Origin: Spirochaetia bacterium | GTDB taxonomy: Bacteria > Spirochaetota > Spirochaetia > DSM-2461 | DNA length: 64,000 nt | Assembly: GCA_963666985.2 (NCBI GenBank) | Contig: CAXXIA010000002.1 | Coordinates: 128,001-192,000 of the forward strand | Direction of reading: 5' to 3' | Shown: positions 38,341 through 48,711 of the stretch, in pieces | How positions within the stretch are numbered: the first letter of the stretch is position 1 | Layout: each line of letters begins with the position of its first letter | Position numbers and translations under genes: made by a program | Notes under the pieces: generated by a model | What the model was told of the DNA's origin: nothing | Seen by the model: the letters and a program-made list of their open reading frames with translations, nothing else | Database searches by the model: none

Positions 38341-41071
38341 TATCCTCGTCTCCCTCGTTCTCGTTGGGATATCAGCCTTCTTCGCGCGTCAATTCTACCT
38401 TGAACTTACCCAATCGGTGGAAAACGTCGACGGCGTGGTTGTCGGGGAAGTCCTGGAGATTCGCGGGCAGGTTCAGCGGCGCTACGAAGACCAATCACGC
38501 TGGGGCAGCCTGAAGGGCAATGAAACACTCTACAACCTCGATGCCATCAGAACATATTCGAGTTCCGGAGCGGAAATCATTCTGCTCACCTACGACGACG
38601 AAGGAGTCTCGAAGAAAGACACCATCATTCTGGGGCAGGATACGTATATCATTCTCGACCTCTTGGGTGAAGCTCGAAACATCAACTTTGTCGGCGGCGA
38701 CATTTCGGCTTCGGGCTCCGGAGGATTAACCGTCAGCGCCGAGGGCACCGTTGTCTCCGTCGATGACGGTTCGGTCAACCTTTCACGGGAAGAGGGACGG
38801 CAAACCAGCGTTACGGTCACCGACGGGAAAGCCAGGGTTATCACGGGCGAAGGCGAAACCGTCGTGGGAACAGAGTCCAAGTTCCTCATAGACGAGGGCA
38901 CGGGATCGACAAAACGGGAACAGGTCGCCGTCGTTCCGACTCTTCCGAAATCCAACGCCCTGCTTCTTACCTACGAAACCGAACGGCGCGTGAATTTCGC
39001 ATGGGATTTGCTTGCCGAATGGGAAAAGCCCGTCCTGGAAGTCTCTTCCAATCCGGCATTCTCGGAAGAAAGCGCACCCGTGGAAAAGCAGCCGGCGAAT
39101 GAAAACGCCGTACTGACATTAACGCCCGGAGTCTGGTACTGGCGCCTCGGCGACGAATCGACCGGAGAAAAAGGTCCCATGAACATTTTCACCGTCGATA
39201 TGGAACGTCCCGCGGATCCCGTCTCTCCGGCCAATGAACTGACCATTCCGTTCCGCGGAGAGGCTCCCGCCGTCAATCTTCAATGGAACCGTGCGTGGTT
39301 CGCCGATTCCTACACCGTCGAGGTGTCGCGAAACGCCGCGTTCACCGAGATTCAGAGAACCCGTGAGGTCACAGGATCGTCGCTTCTGCTCGAAGAACTC
39401 ACGGCCGGCAGCTGGTGGTGGCGCGTCAAACCGAACTACAGGCGGGGTTTGCTGGATACACCGCGCACACCCGCGATTCGACAATTCGTTCTGGAACATC
39501 GTGTCGGACACGATCCTGTTACGCTGATCAGTCCCGCGAACGGCAGCGAACTCTCGGGACTCGATGTCCGGGACGGCATCCCTTTCCGCTGGAAAAATCA
39601 GGAAGGTCTTGTTTCCTACCGGGTTTTAGTCGCGCAGGATTCGAATTTCAGCGTTCCGACGGCCGACTCCGACGGACCCGAGAATTGGAGAGTCCTGCTC
39701 ACGGCGCCCAAGCCGGCGACATACTGGTGGAAGGTGGAGGCCACCTCGGCCGACGGTCTTCCGGTTCCGCAAAGTGAGATTCGAAGCTTTACCGTCAAAC
39801 CGGTCACCGGTTCGGTGGAACTCGTGGATCCGGCACCGGGTGCGACAAAGGAACTCGAACCGTATTCTCCCTACACCTTCGTTTGGCGCAGCGGCATACC
39901 GGGAACGGCCCGTTTTCAGCTGACCCGCTTCGAGTCCGATAATGCGAGAACGAAAATCATAGAAAGTCTTATCAACGGCGAAACCTTTACGGCACCCATT
40001 CCTGGTGAAGGAACCTATGCCTGGAGAATACAGATTCTCGACGAGGGCGGACGAATGATCGTTGAAAGTCAGGAAGCGCGCTTCCGGCTGAGAAGCGGAT
40101 TTTCCGCGCCGGTGCTCAGGAATCCCCGGCCTGGCGACAGCATATCCCTCATAGGATCCGATTCTCTGATTCTTCAATGGGATCCGGAGCCGGCGGCCGA
40201 TGCCTACAGTGTTGTCCTTAAGGCTCCGAACGGTTCGGTGGTGGACAGGGACGACCGGGTTCTCGGATTGGAGCGGGAATTCACGGTAGCGCCATCCTCG
40301 GGACCGGGAAGCTATTCGGTGGAACTCACATCGATTCGCGACAATCCGCCCGCGGGCGCCGCCCGGATGAGTGAATCGAGAACCTACCGGTTCGATATTT
40401 CCAATTTGGTCGGCTACAGCGCCGCCGTTCCCGTTTCCCCCGCCGGCGACGCCTTCATCGACGGATTATCGGCGCTTAAAAACGGCATTCTTTTACGCTG
40501 GACTCAAAATCCCTCCCTGGGCCGCTGGACCGTCGAGGTTGATAACGGTACGGTAACACGCCTCTATCAAACCACCGAACCTTCGCTGAAGCTCGAAGGT
40601 TTGGATTCGGGCCGCTACAGCTGGAAAATCCGCTCACGGGACGGATTCGGCCGGGAAGCGCCGGACAGCGGAATCTCGGTATTCACCGTCGGCGCCATTC
40701 CGAATCCGGAAGCACCCGTTCTCACATCGCCCGGATACGGAGAAACGGTTGATATGACGGGGGCCAAAAATCTGGTTTTTTCATGGAATCCGGTCCCGAA
40801 TGCTGAATTCTACGATTTGGCGCTCTATGCTGTCGGTTCGGAGACGCCTCTGTTCAGGAAAAACGACCTGACCGAAACAACCTTTATTCTGGAAAACCTG
40901 CGGATCCTGGACGTGGGCGATTTTAAAGTGGCCTTAAGGGCCAGAATCGAATATGAAGATGTGGGGATGTCAAAGGCAAGTTCCGTTTCGGAAACACCGT
41001 TCTCATTATCGGTGAACATCGGAAACAAAGCCCCCACCATCCTCACCGACGAATTGCAGTATGCCGATTAA
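38309..41071 (+). CDS. FecR-domain protein with multiple FN3/Ig-like repeats
   Basis: N-terminal TM; FecR-like VQRR..W..L..LYNLDAIRT..A.I; repeated P.L.SP..F.W..Y...G.Y.W.V modules. Confidence 0.85.
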   Translation: MKSSTKSSIRNILVSLVLVGISAFFARQFYLELTQSVENVDGVVVGEVLEIRGQVQRRYEDQSRWGSLKGNETLYNLDAIRTYSSSGAEIILLTYDDEGVSKKDTIILGQDTYIILDLLGEARNINFVGGDISASGSGGLTVSAEGTVVSVDDGSVNLSREEGRQTSVTVTDGKARVITGEGETVVGTESKFLIDEGTGSTKREQVAVVPTLPKSNALLLTYETERRVNFAWDLLAEWEKPVLEVSSNPAFSEESAPVEKQPANENAVLTLTPGVWYWRLGDESTGEKGPMNIFTVDMERPADPVSPANELTIPFRGEAPAVNLQWNRAWFADSYTVEVSRNAAFTEIQRTREVTGSSLLLEELTAGSWWWRVKPNYRRGLLDTPRTPAIRQFVLEHRVGHDPVTLISPANGSELSGLDVRDGIPFRWKNQEGLVSYRVLVAQDSNFSVPTADSDGPENWRVLLTAPKPATYWWKVEATSADGLPVPQSEIRSFTVKPVTGSVELVDPAPGATKELEPYSPYTFVWRSGIPGTARFQLTRFESDNARTKIIESLINGETFTAPIPGEGTYAWRIQILDEGGRMIVESQEARFRLRSGFSAPVLRNPRPGDSISLIGSDSLILQWDPEPAADAYSVVLKAPNGSVVDRDDRVLGLEREFTVAPSSGPGSYSVELTSIRDNPPAGAARMSESRTYRFDISNLVGYSAAVPVSPAGDAFIDGLSALKNGILLRWTQNPSLGRWTVEVDNGTVTRLYQTTEPSLKLEGLDSGRYSWKIRSRDGFGREAPDSGISVFTVGAIPNPEAPVLTSPGYGETVDMTGAKNLVFSWNPVPNAEFYDLALYAVGSETPLFRKNDLTETTFILENLRILDVGDFKVALRARIEYEDVGMSKASSVSETPFSLSVNIGNKAPTILTDELQYAD

Positions 41072-42578
41072 AAGCCGGACGACGATTATATCCAGAATTC
41101 TCTTTTTCCTTATCGCCGCGGCAATAAACATCGTAACCGCGGGCGCTCAAGACCGTATCGAATGGGAACCCGTTGAGGGAGCCGACCATTACCGCGTGGA
41201 AATCCGAAGAGACGGGAACTTAGTCCTGGAAACACGCTGTGAAGAACCCCGGCTGCCGCTCTTTCTTCCGGCGGGAGAATATGATTTCCGCATCAATGTC
41301 ATCAATGCTTTCGACAAAGTCGCTTCCGAAGGCGAATGGAGTAAAATCAGAATAACGGCGGTTGACTTTCCGTTTATCATCGACTTACTTCCCGCGGAAA
41401 TCCACGAGGGTGAAAAACCCGATTTCAGAGTTCATGTTTCGGGATATACGGACGGTGAGAATGGAAGCTCCTTCCATTTTGAAGGCATCGACGGAAATAT
41501 TATCCCTCTCTCGATAAAAGAAATCAAAGAAGCTCCATCGTCCGCCGGCACCGACGCCGTATGGACGGAAGTCGTTCTTTCTTCGGGAAAAAAGAGCTTC
41601 GAGGAAGGAGCCTGGAACCTCGTTATGACGAATCCGGATGATCGGGAAAACCGTATGACTCCCGCTCTGAGGGTTTTGGAAAAACACCGGCCGAGAATTC
41701 GCGATGTTTCCCCCGATCAATTTCCGGCGGGAATGGAACATAACCCCGCTATCGTAACAATAAGCGGCATGGAAGAAGGTTCCATCGTGGAATTCAGCGG
41801 ACCTTCGGACATCAAAGCGCAGCTTTTAAGCAAGGACGACAAGGGAAACCTTGAATACAGCTTCAATCTGCTGAACGCGGAACCCGGATGGTATTCGGTG
41901 GCCGTCGCCAACCCCTCGGGAGGCACCGATTCCAAAGAAAGAGTCTTCCAAGTGTACCCCCGGCCCCCTACAGAAGAAGAACTCGAAGCCGAAGCGGCTT
42001 TTAAAATTGATGAAAAAGAACCCCGGGAGCTTTCCGATTATCCCCATGCGCTGACTTTCGGCTGGAACATGAATTTTACCGTCGGAGAGGCTGCCGACTA
42101 CTTCTCGAACGACTTCATCGGTCTTTCGGTCGGGATTTCCCAAGATTTCCATAATGATTTGATTCGCCGCGTCCCATGGCTGAACGGTTTGGGGTGGGAA
42201 AGCAAAGTTGTCTACTCGCGCCATCGAACCGAATATCCGCTGTATACCCTCTTTTGCCAGCGAATAACAGTTGAGGCAGGTATCCAATACATAACTCCCT
42301 TTGATTTTCCGCTGAAGATCCTATTCCGCGGAAGCGCGGGTGTGGCATGTTCGATATACACCTCTCCGGAATACAACCGGAACGAAGAACCTTTCGGAAC
42401 CTATAAAATCAGAGACCTTGATTCCTTTGACTTCACTCTTCGATTCGGTATGGGCGGCCGATTTGATATAACGTCCCGATGGTTTATCGATTTAGCGCTT
42501 GATCTAACGGGTACTTTCTATCTCAGCCATACATCCTGGACGCTGCAGCCGAATCTGAACGGGGGCTGGCGATGGTAA
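41061..42578 (+). CDS. exported FN3/IPT protein with predicted C-terminal beta-barrel
   Basis: Signal peptide; IEWEPVEGADHYRVEI..GEYDFRINVIN FN3-like; amphipathic strands ending GGWRW. Confidence 0.7.
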   Translation: MPIKSRTTIISRILFFLIAAAINIVTAGAQDRIEWEPVEGADHYRVEIRRDGNLVLETRCEEPRLPLFLPAGEYDFRINVINAFDKVASEGEWSKIRITAVDFPFIIDLLPAEIHEGEKPDFRVHVSGYTDGENGSSFHFEGIDGNIIPLSIKEIKEAPSSAGTDAVWTEVVLSSGKKSFEEGAWNLVMTNPDDRENRMTPALRVLEKHRPRIRDVSPDQFPAGMEHNPAIVTISGMEEGSIVEFSGPSDIKAQLLSKDDKGNLEYSFNLLNAEPGWYSVAVANPSGGTDSKERVFQVYPRPPTEEELEAEAAFKIDEKEPRELSDYPHALTFGWNMNFTVGEAADYFSNDFIGLSVGISQDFHNDLIRRVPWLNGLGWESKVVYSRHRTEYPLYTLFCQRITVEAGIQYITPFDFPLKILFRGSAGVACSIYTSPEYNRNEEPFGTYKIRDLDSFDFTLRFGMGGRFDITSRWFIDLALDLTGTFYLSHTSWTLQPNLNGGWRW

Positions 42579-43970
42579 TCCGAAGAATACTTTCCGCGCT
42601 TATTTTCGCATCCATTACCGTAATCTCCATCCCGCAGGCTTTCGGAGAGGAAGAACCCGAACGGGAAGATACGGTACTCGGCGAAACAGGCGGCCCTTTA
42701 ATCATTGAATGGGAATCCACCGGCGCTCTCTACCGCATCGAAATCCGCCGAGATGGGATTGTGTTTATCGATACCGAACAGCAGGAAAGCCGTCTGGAAC
42801 TGAATCTCGCTCCCGGACGATATGAATACCGCATCAGTGTGCTCAATCCCTTCGGCAAAACCGTCACATCGTCGGACTGGCAGTCATTAACCGTTTCCCG
42901 CGCCCGTATTCCTTATTTTCGCGTTATCACCCCCCTCACGGTTTGGGAAGGTGAAACTGCGGCCGAATTCGACATCGACTCATCCAATCTCAGAAACGAA
43001 ACGGTCTTTTCACTGGTAAACGGTGAAAAGCGAATTCGTGCGGAATGGATTCAAAAGGAAGGATACGACTCGGTTCGTGCGGATATTACGGAGCTTCCGC
43101 CCGGTTCTTGGAATCTTGAAGCCGTCGATCCTTCAAGACGTTCGTTTATTCATCCGGACGCATTAACGATCCGCCCGACCAGGCCGCCGAAAATCACCGA
43201 AGTCGATACGCCTCAAATACCCAATAGGGGTCTGGTTCCCATTGAAATCGAAGGCGAAGCCTTCGACGCGGAAATGGAAGTAACCGTAAAGGGACCCGGC
43301 GGAGAGTTGAAAATCGCCGCCGTGAATGTGGAAGACAGTAACAAAGCGGTCCTCTATCTCGATTTGGAGGGAGAGAAACCGGGAAGCTACACGATTACCG
43401 TCATTAATCCGGCAGGAGAAAAAGACAGCAGGAACGACATCCTCCTTGTTACGGAAGCCGAGGATTCGATAAAAGAAAAAAAAACAGCCGCGCATGGATC
43501 TTCAAGCGGGATTCCTAACCATGTTTTTATTCGCTTCCGATGAAATTCTGCTTGCTCCGATAGGCATTGAAGGAACCATGGGATTTCAATCGGGATTAAC
43601 CGCACCGTTTTTCAGAGGACTCGGCATGGAAACCCGGGGCACGTTCGGAATGATGATCGCACCGGATGTAAACAGCATCGGACTTACGCCGTTCGGCAGC
43701 CTGGATTTAACGGGCTATTGGAGACCCCTGGTGAGCGGGAGATGCGCGCCGGTTCTATTTTTCGGCATCGGAAACTTTTGGTCCGGCTACACATCGGAGG
43801 AAGGGAATAAAAATATTCTTTTCATCAGAACCGGATTCGCTTTCGATCTTATGCGGAAACATCGGATGCACGAACTCGCACGAGTGGGGATTAACATCCA
43901 GCTGGGACTCTGCAAAGACGAACAAATCGGTATGGTATCGATCATGATGAGACGCGGATTTCAAATGTGA
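42572..43970 (+). CDS. paralog of the preceding FN3/IPT-beta-barrel protein, split by a frameshift in an A9 tract
   Basis: IEWESTGALYRIEIRRDG..GRYEYRISVLN matches the upstream paralog. A8 instead of A9 at 43476-43484 joins ORFs 42572-43543 and 43494-43970. Confidence 0.7.
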
Positions 43971-43996
43971 CTGATGCGGTTTCACTCAAAGTCCAT

Positions 43997-44022
43997 GGAA
44001 ACAACATCCGGAAACAACATCC
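43997..44022 (+). repeat. 13-bp tandem direct repeat
   Basis: GGAAACAACATCC x2, exact. Confidence 0.85.
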
Positions 44023-44091
44023 GAACCGATAAAATGAATAAGGCACCCGTCCGATGCGGAAAAGACCATTGGGAAAGGATATATTGACGTT

Positions 44092-47000
44092 ATGTATCGC
44101 CTGAAGACGACAGTATTTACGGTTCTTCTCATCGCCGCCCTCCTGATTCTGGCCGGATGCAATGCCCTTCAGCGCGGCGATATCGGCCGATTCGTCGACG
44201 ACGAACTCGCCTTCAGTTCAATCGGCTTTCTGATGACCGACGGTTCCAACGGTTCTCTTCTTTACAGAAACGCCGTTACGAAAGTACACGGTACCGATAC
44301 CTATATCGAAATCACCATCCCCTACTTCACCGATCAGGCCGGAACCACGCCCCTCGTTCCGCAAACGGGAAGCGAACTCACCCTGACATTCGAAACCGTG
44401 GCCAAGGATGCCGAAGTCTTCGAATCAAACGATTTGGTCAATTCCATTTCCCCGGGCGTTGATTCGTTTACGTTTCACGACGGTTCCTATCCCTTAACAC
44501 GAGACTTTATTATCAGAAAAACCGATTCAAATGGCGATGTAAATGAACGAACTTTCACCATCAGCGTTGTGAAAAGCTTCTATCCGGTCGTTGAACTTAT
44601 CAGCAATCCGAGTTTCTCGGCACCGCCGGACTATCCGGCCGCCATCGCCGTTCATTTCGAGGATGAACTGGGCAATGAGATTCCATTCGGAACGCCTCTG
44701 GATACTCTGGATTCGGCCGACCAAATCTGGCTTTCGGACGGCGATGGTATCGACGAAGAATCTTCCAAAAAAAATATCACAGCCGATTTTACTTCCTGGG
44801 ATACGGCCACGGTAACCGATACCGGACTGGCTCCGGCCAGACCCTTGACTTTGGGGAATTTCTGGCTGACCGTCCCGGAAAGCAGTGCTTATTTCTACTT
44901 TGAAGATGAAAACGGATATCCAAGCGGCCTGAAGGAAGACACCTTTAAAACCGCTTGGAATCCCGATGCCGTTTATATGGCGGCTTGGGGAGACACAATC
45001 GCCAACGGAGCCACGGGAACCAAAACCGATCCGGTCGATAACCTTACCGATGCCTTATCGCTCACGGGTACCGCTTACTCCCGCTGGGAAATCCGCGTGG
45101 CCGAAGGTAAATATGATTTGGGCTCCGGTGAAACGATTGATGAAGATGTTTCCATCTACGGCGGCTACAAAACTGACTTTTCCAGCCAATATGACATGGA
45201 AGATGAAGATGTCCGGCTGGCGCATGGTTCGATCTTCACCGGTATTCCGACGGCCGGATCGGATTTTGACAGCATGGGGGGAGTTCTTACCTACAATCCG
45301 GGAACAACCATCAACACATCCTCCATTCTGTACGGCATCGTCATTCAGGCCGCCGATGCAGACAATGGAGGCGGGGATTACACCACGGCACTGAAAATTA
45401 CAGGCAACGCCAGCCCGACAATCCGGTTCTGCACCCTTACAGGCGGCGGCGGAGGGGCCTTAACGTTTTTCTCGGGGGCGGCATTAGTTAACGTAACATC
45501 CGGGGCCTCACCCACATTCCAATGGAACACGATATCAGCAGGGAAAGCCGCGGACGGGGCAAACGCCGGATTATACTCTTACGGCTCAACGACTTTTTTT
45601 ACCGCGACAAACAACACCATCGGCGGCGTTCAATCCACCGGCGGCAGCAGCCACGGTGTTTATCAGTATATGTCGGGATGTGAACTCGGCTACAATACCA
45701 TCTCATCCGCTCAAGCCTCATCCGACAGCATCGGAATTTACTCCAACCAATCAACCTCTTTTCTCCTGTACGGGAACAGAATCAGTTCGGCCGTCGCGGG
45801 CGATGAATCCACGGGAATTCTGAGTGTTAATATTCCCGCATCCTCTTCCGCCCATATCTACAAGAACGCCATTACCAGCGGGAGCGGAGATTCCAGTTAC
45901 GGATTTTATATTCTTAACGCCTCTTCGGCCGATTACGAAATCATGAACAACGCCGTATCCGTCGGCGGCGGTACAACAAATGCAAACGGGATCTATTTGT
46001 ACAACGCATCAAATCCAAATACATTTTATGTGTTCAACAACCTTTTTGATTCTTCCGACGCGGATTTCGCCGGTATTACCACATTCATCGATATTACCGG
46101 CGATTCTTTCTATCTGATTGAATGCAATGCCTTCGACGATGGCGATCATTCGATTGATATGGACTTAAGCGGCGGTACCGTAGCAACCCTCTGGGATACA
46201 CAGGAGAGTAACGATTACCTGCTTGGAAACATTACAAAAAGCTTTGCATTCAACTCCGGCGGCTATGTGACATCGGGAATGGACGCCAATCTGGCCTACG
46301 GCGGATACAGAACCTCAAGCTATTCAACGGATGCGCAAAATTACAATGCTTACGACTGGAACGGAGATTCCCGAACCTCCGGATATACGGCGAATTTCGA
46401 CTGGTCCATCGGTCCCTATGAAATCGACTCCATCAGTTTTCCTTCGGCCATATGCGTTACCATGCCCACCTCAACCAATCCGGGCAGCGACAAGTATGTT
46501 CTGGGAACGGCCCAATATCCCTTCGCGACCGTGGAGAGAGCCTATACCAAAATCACCAACTGGGGTGTTTCTCCATGGGAAATCCGCGTGGCCGTAGGCA
46601 CCTATACGTTTGATTCATCCATCACCATGAACACGGACGTAACGTTTCGCGGCGGCTGGAACCAGAATTTCACCTCACGGAGCAACACAGCCTATTCCAC
46701 CATATTAACCGGTGCCGTCACACCGCTTCTGGCCCTTGAAAACACAGCCGTAACCGAAGACTTCCTGATGGAAGGCCTTACGTTCGAGAGCACATACACC
46801 GGTAATGCGGTTCTCCTGGATATCACCAACTACGCTTGTCCCGTTATCCGGAATAATACGTTCGACGGTTCGGGAGTTACTCCGACACAATCCACCCTTC
46901 TCACCATCGATTCCTATTCCTGTCCAACAATTAATAACAATACGTTTAAGGGAGGCTCTCCATCGGGAGACGACTTCTGTATTGATATATCAAACCTTTC

Positions 47001-48654
47001 TTATCCTTCATTCAACAACAACATCATTACCGGCGGCACCCCTGCAGGTGCATCCATCGCCATTCGGATTCTCTCCTATTCCTATCCCTATTTCAATAAT
47101 AATGAAATCCATGGCGGCTCACCAACGGGCACAGGGGACTCTCTTTGCATGAGTTTCGATACAAGCGGATATTCGGTGGTAGAATACAACGACATCTACA
47201 GCGGTACACCGGCCAGCGGTGCTGTCGTTATGATACAGACAAACAATTCCAGCACACCAATTATTCGGGATAATGATCTTACCGGGAATTCCATCACCGG
47301 CAATTTTACCGGAATTAATATATTAAACAGTGCCGTTCCGGTTATCGACAGCAACACAATCACTACAGGCGACAGCGCCGCAGACATCTGTGGGATCCTG
47401 GGTACAACTTCCAGTGCCTATACAATTTCAAACAACATCATAACAACCGGAGCTGCGGGATCAACCAATACGAATTACGGCATAAGCTTGTCCAACAACA
47501 GCACTGCTCCTCCCACCATCAGCGGGAATGAGATTACCCTCGGTTCGGGTATAAACGTTTACGGACTTTACACAAACTCCGTGGAATCGGCCGTTATCGA
47601 GGGCAACAGCATTTCCGGAGGGAATGCAACGACGGCCTGTTACGGAATGTATCTGGATAGCTCCACCAGCAGCACAATAACCAACAGCGATATAGATATC
47701 GATGGTGACGGCTGTTCCTTAAGCTGCGGTCTGTATCTTGCTTCCAATTATTTAACCATAAACAACAATGAAATCAGCGGAGGAACCGGACAAATCGCCT
47801 ACGGATTAAACAGCAGCAGTGTGAGCTATCTTATTCTGACTGATAATATCATTACAGGAACCGCGGCCGGATCGGCAAGCACGACAATCTCCTATGGATG
47901 CTATTTCCCCGACGGCAACTATGTTTGTACAATCATCCAAAATACTATTCACGGAGGAGAGGCCACAACGAATTCCTATGGGATTTATGTTCTGCCGAAC
48001 ACACTGCATATCGTAAACAATCTTATCCACGGCGGAGGGCCGGTCAGCGGAACATCCTGCGGAATCCACATTTACGCTCCGGCCGCCTCCGGCTACTGGA
48101 GTACGATTTATAACAATACAATCTACGCCGGCCGCTCCAGCGGAATGAGTATCGGAATTAATATGAATTCCGACGATTATTACACCCGATTCAAAAACAA
48201 CCTGATTGTCGCCGGGAATCATTCGGGAAGCTACGGTATATACCAGAGCAATGCTTATGCGCCATATGAATTCCTTGAAAATATTATCCTGGGGACAGGC
48301 TCCAATTCCATTGCATACAGAGACTATAACTCCAACAATTATCTCACCGCCGATGATATCAATACGTATCTCACAGGAGAGGGAAAAACCTGTAGCTTTG
48401 CTTGTATTGCCGATACATCGGCCAACCTGACCGATGAACATCCTTCGGACTACCTTGTGTCTTTTACGGCGAACGGAGGCATTACGGAATTCCTCAGCGA
48501 TAACTGGCACTTAATCACCGGAGGAACACAGAACGCAACAACGGGAGGAGTCTCACTTCAGACCGACAGCAGCGGTGCCTACAGCTTTGATAACGACCGG
48601 GACGGCGGCAGCTCCCGGACCGATCCGTGGTCCATCGGGGCCTACGAGTACTAA
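44092..48654 (+). CDS. large surface lipoprotein with two right-handed beta-helix modules
   Basis: LILAGC lipobox; Asn/Ser/Thr/Gly-rich I.NN.I..G repeats; two copies of GT..P..WEIRVA.G.Y..GG and D..G..R..WSIG.YE. Confidence 0.85.
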   Translation: MYRLKTTVFTVLLIAALLILAGCNALQRGDIGRFVDDELAFSSIGFLMTDGSNGSLLYRNAVTKVHGTDTYIEITIPYFTDQAGTTPLVPQTGSELTLTFETVAKDAEVFESNDLVNSISPGVDSFTFHDGSYPLTRDFIIRKTDSNGDVNERTFTISVVKSFYPVVELISNPSFSAPPDYPAAIAVHFEDELGNEIPFGTPLDTLDSADQIWLSDGDGIDEESSKKNITADFTSWDTATVTDTGLAPARPLTLGNFWLTVPESSAYFYFEDENGYPSGLKEDTFKTAWNPDAVYMAAWGDTIANGATGTKTDPVDNLTDALSLTGTAYSRWEIRVAEGKYDLGSGETIDEDVSIYGGYKTDFSSQYDMEDEDVRLAHGSIFTGIPTAGSDFDSMGGVLTYNPGTTINTSSILYGIVIQAADADNGGGDYTTALKITGNASPTIRFCTLTGGGGGALTFFSGAALVNVTSGASPTFQWNTISAGKAADGANAGLYSYGSTTFFTATNNTIGGVQSTGGSSHGVYQYMSGCELGYNTISSAQASSDSIGIYSNQSTSFLLYGNRISSAVAGDESTGILSVNIPASSSAHIYKNAITSGSGDSSYGFYILNASSADYEIMNNAVSVGGGTTNANGIYLYNASNPNTFYVFNNLFDSSDADFAGITTFIDITGDSFYLIECNAFDDGDHSIDMDLSGGTVATLWDTQESNDYLLGNITKSFAFNSGGYVTSGMDANLAYGGYRTSSYSTDAQNYNAYDWNGDSRTSGYTANFDWSIGPYEIDSISFPSAICVTMPTSTNPGSDKYVLGTAQYPFATVERAYTKITNWGVSPWEIRVAVGTYTFDSSITMNTDVTFRGGWNQNFTSRSNTAYSTILTGAVTPLLALENTAVTEDFLMEGLTFESTYTGNAVLLDITNYACPVIRNNTFDGSGVTPTQSTLLTIDSYSCPTINNNTFKGGSPSGDDFCIDISNLSYPSFNNNIITGGTPAGASIAIRILSYSYPYFNNNEIHGGSPTGTGDSLCMSFDTSGYSVVEYNDIYSGTPASGAVVMIQTNNSSTPIIRDNDLTGNSITGNFTGINILNSAVPVIDSNTITTGDSAADICGILGTTSSAYTISNNIITTGAAGSTNTNYGISLSNNSTAPPTISGNEITLGSGINVYGLYTNSVESAVIEGNSISGGNATTACYGMYLDSSTSSTITNSDIDIDGDGCSLSCGLYLASNYLTINNNEISGGTGQIAYGLNSSSVSYLILTDNIITGTAAGSASTTISYGCYFPDGNYVCTIIQNTIHGGEATTNSYGIYVLPNTLHIVNNLIHGGGPVSGTSCGIHIYAPAASGYWSTIYNNTIYAGRSSGMSIGINMNSDDYYTRFKNNLIVAGNHSGSYGIYQSNAYAPYEFLENIILGTGSNSIAYRDYNSNNYLTADDINTYLTGEGKTCSFACIADTSANLTDEHPSDYLVSFTANGGITEFLSDNWHLITGGTQNATTGGVSLQTDSSGAYSFDNDRDGGSSRTDPWSIGAYEY

Positions 48655-48711
48655 AAAGCCTTCAACCATTACCGCATCATTGCGGCTCGATTTCCGAAAA
48701 AAGGCGGGAAT

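Noticed and set aside
44092..48654. DGR target or CRISPR-like repeats
   Set aside because: The repeats are in-frame protein module borders; there is no reverse transcriptase, adenine-specific TR/VR pair or regular spacer array
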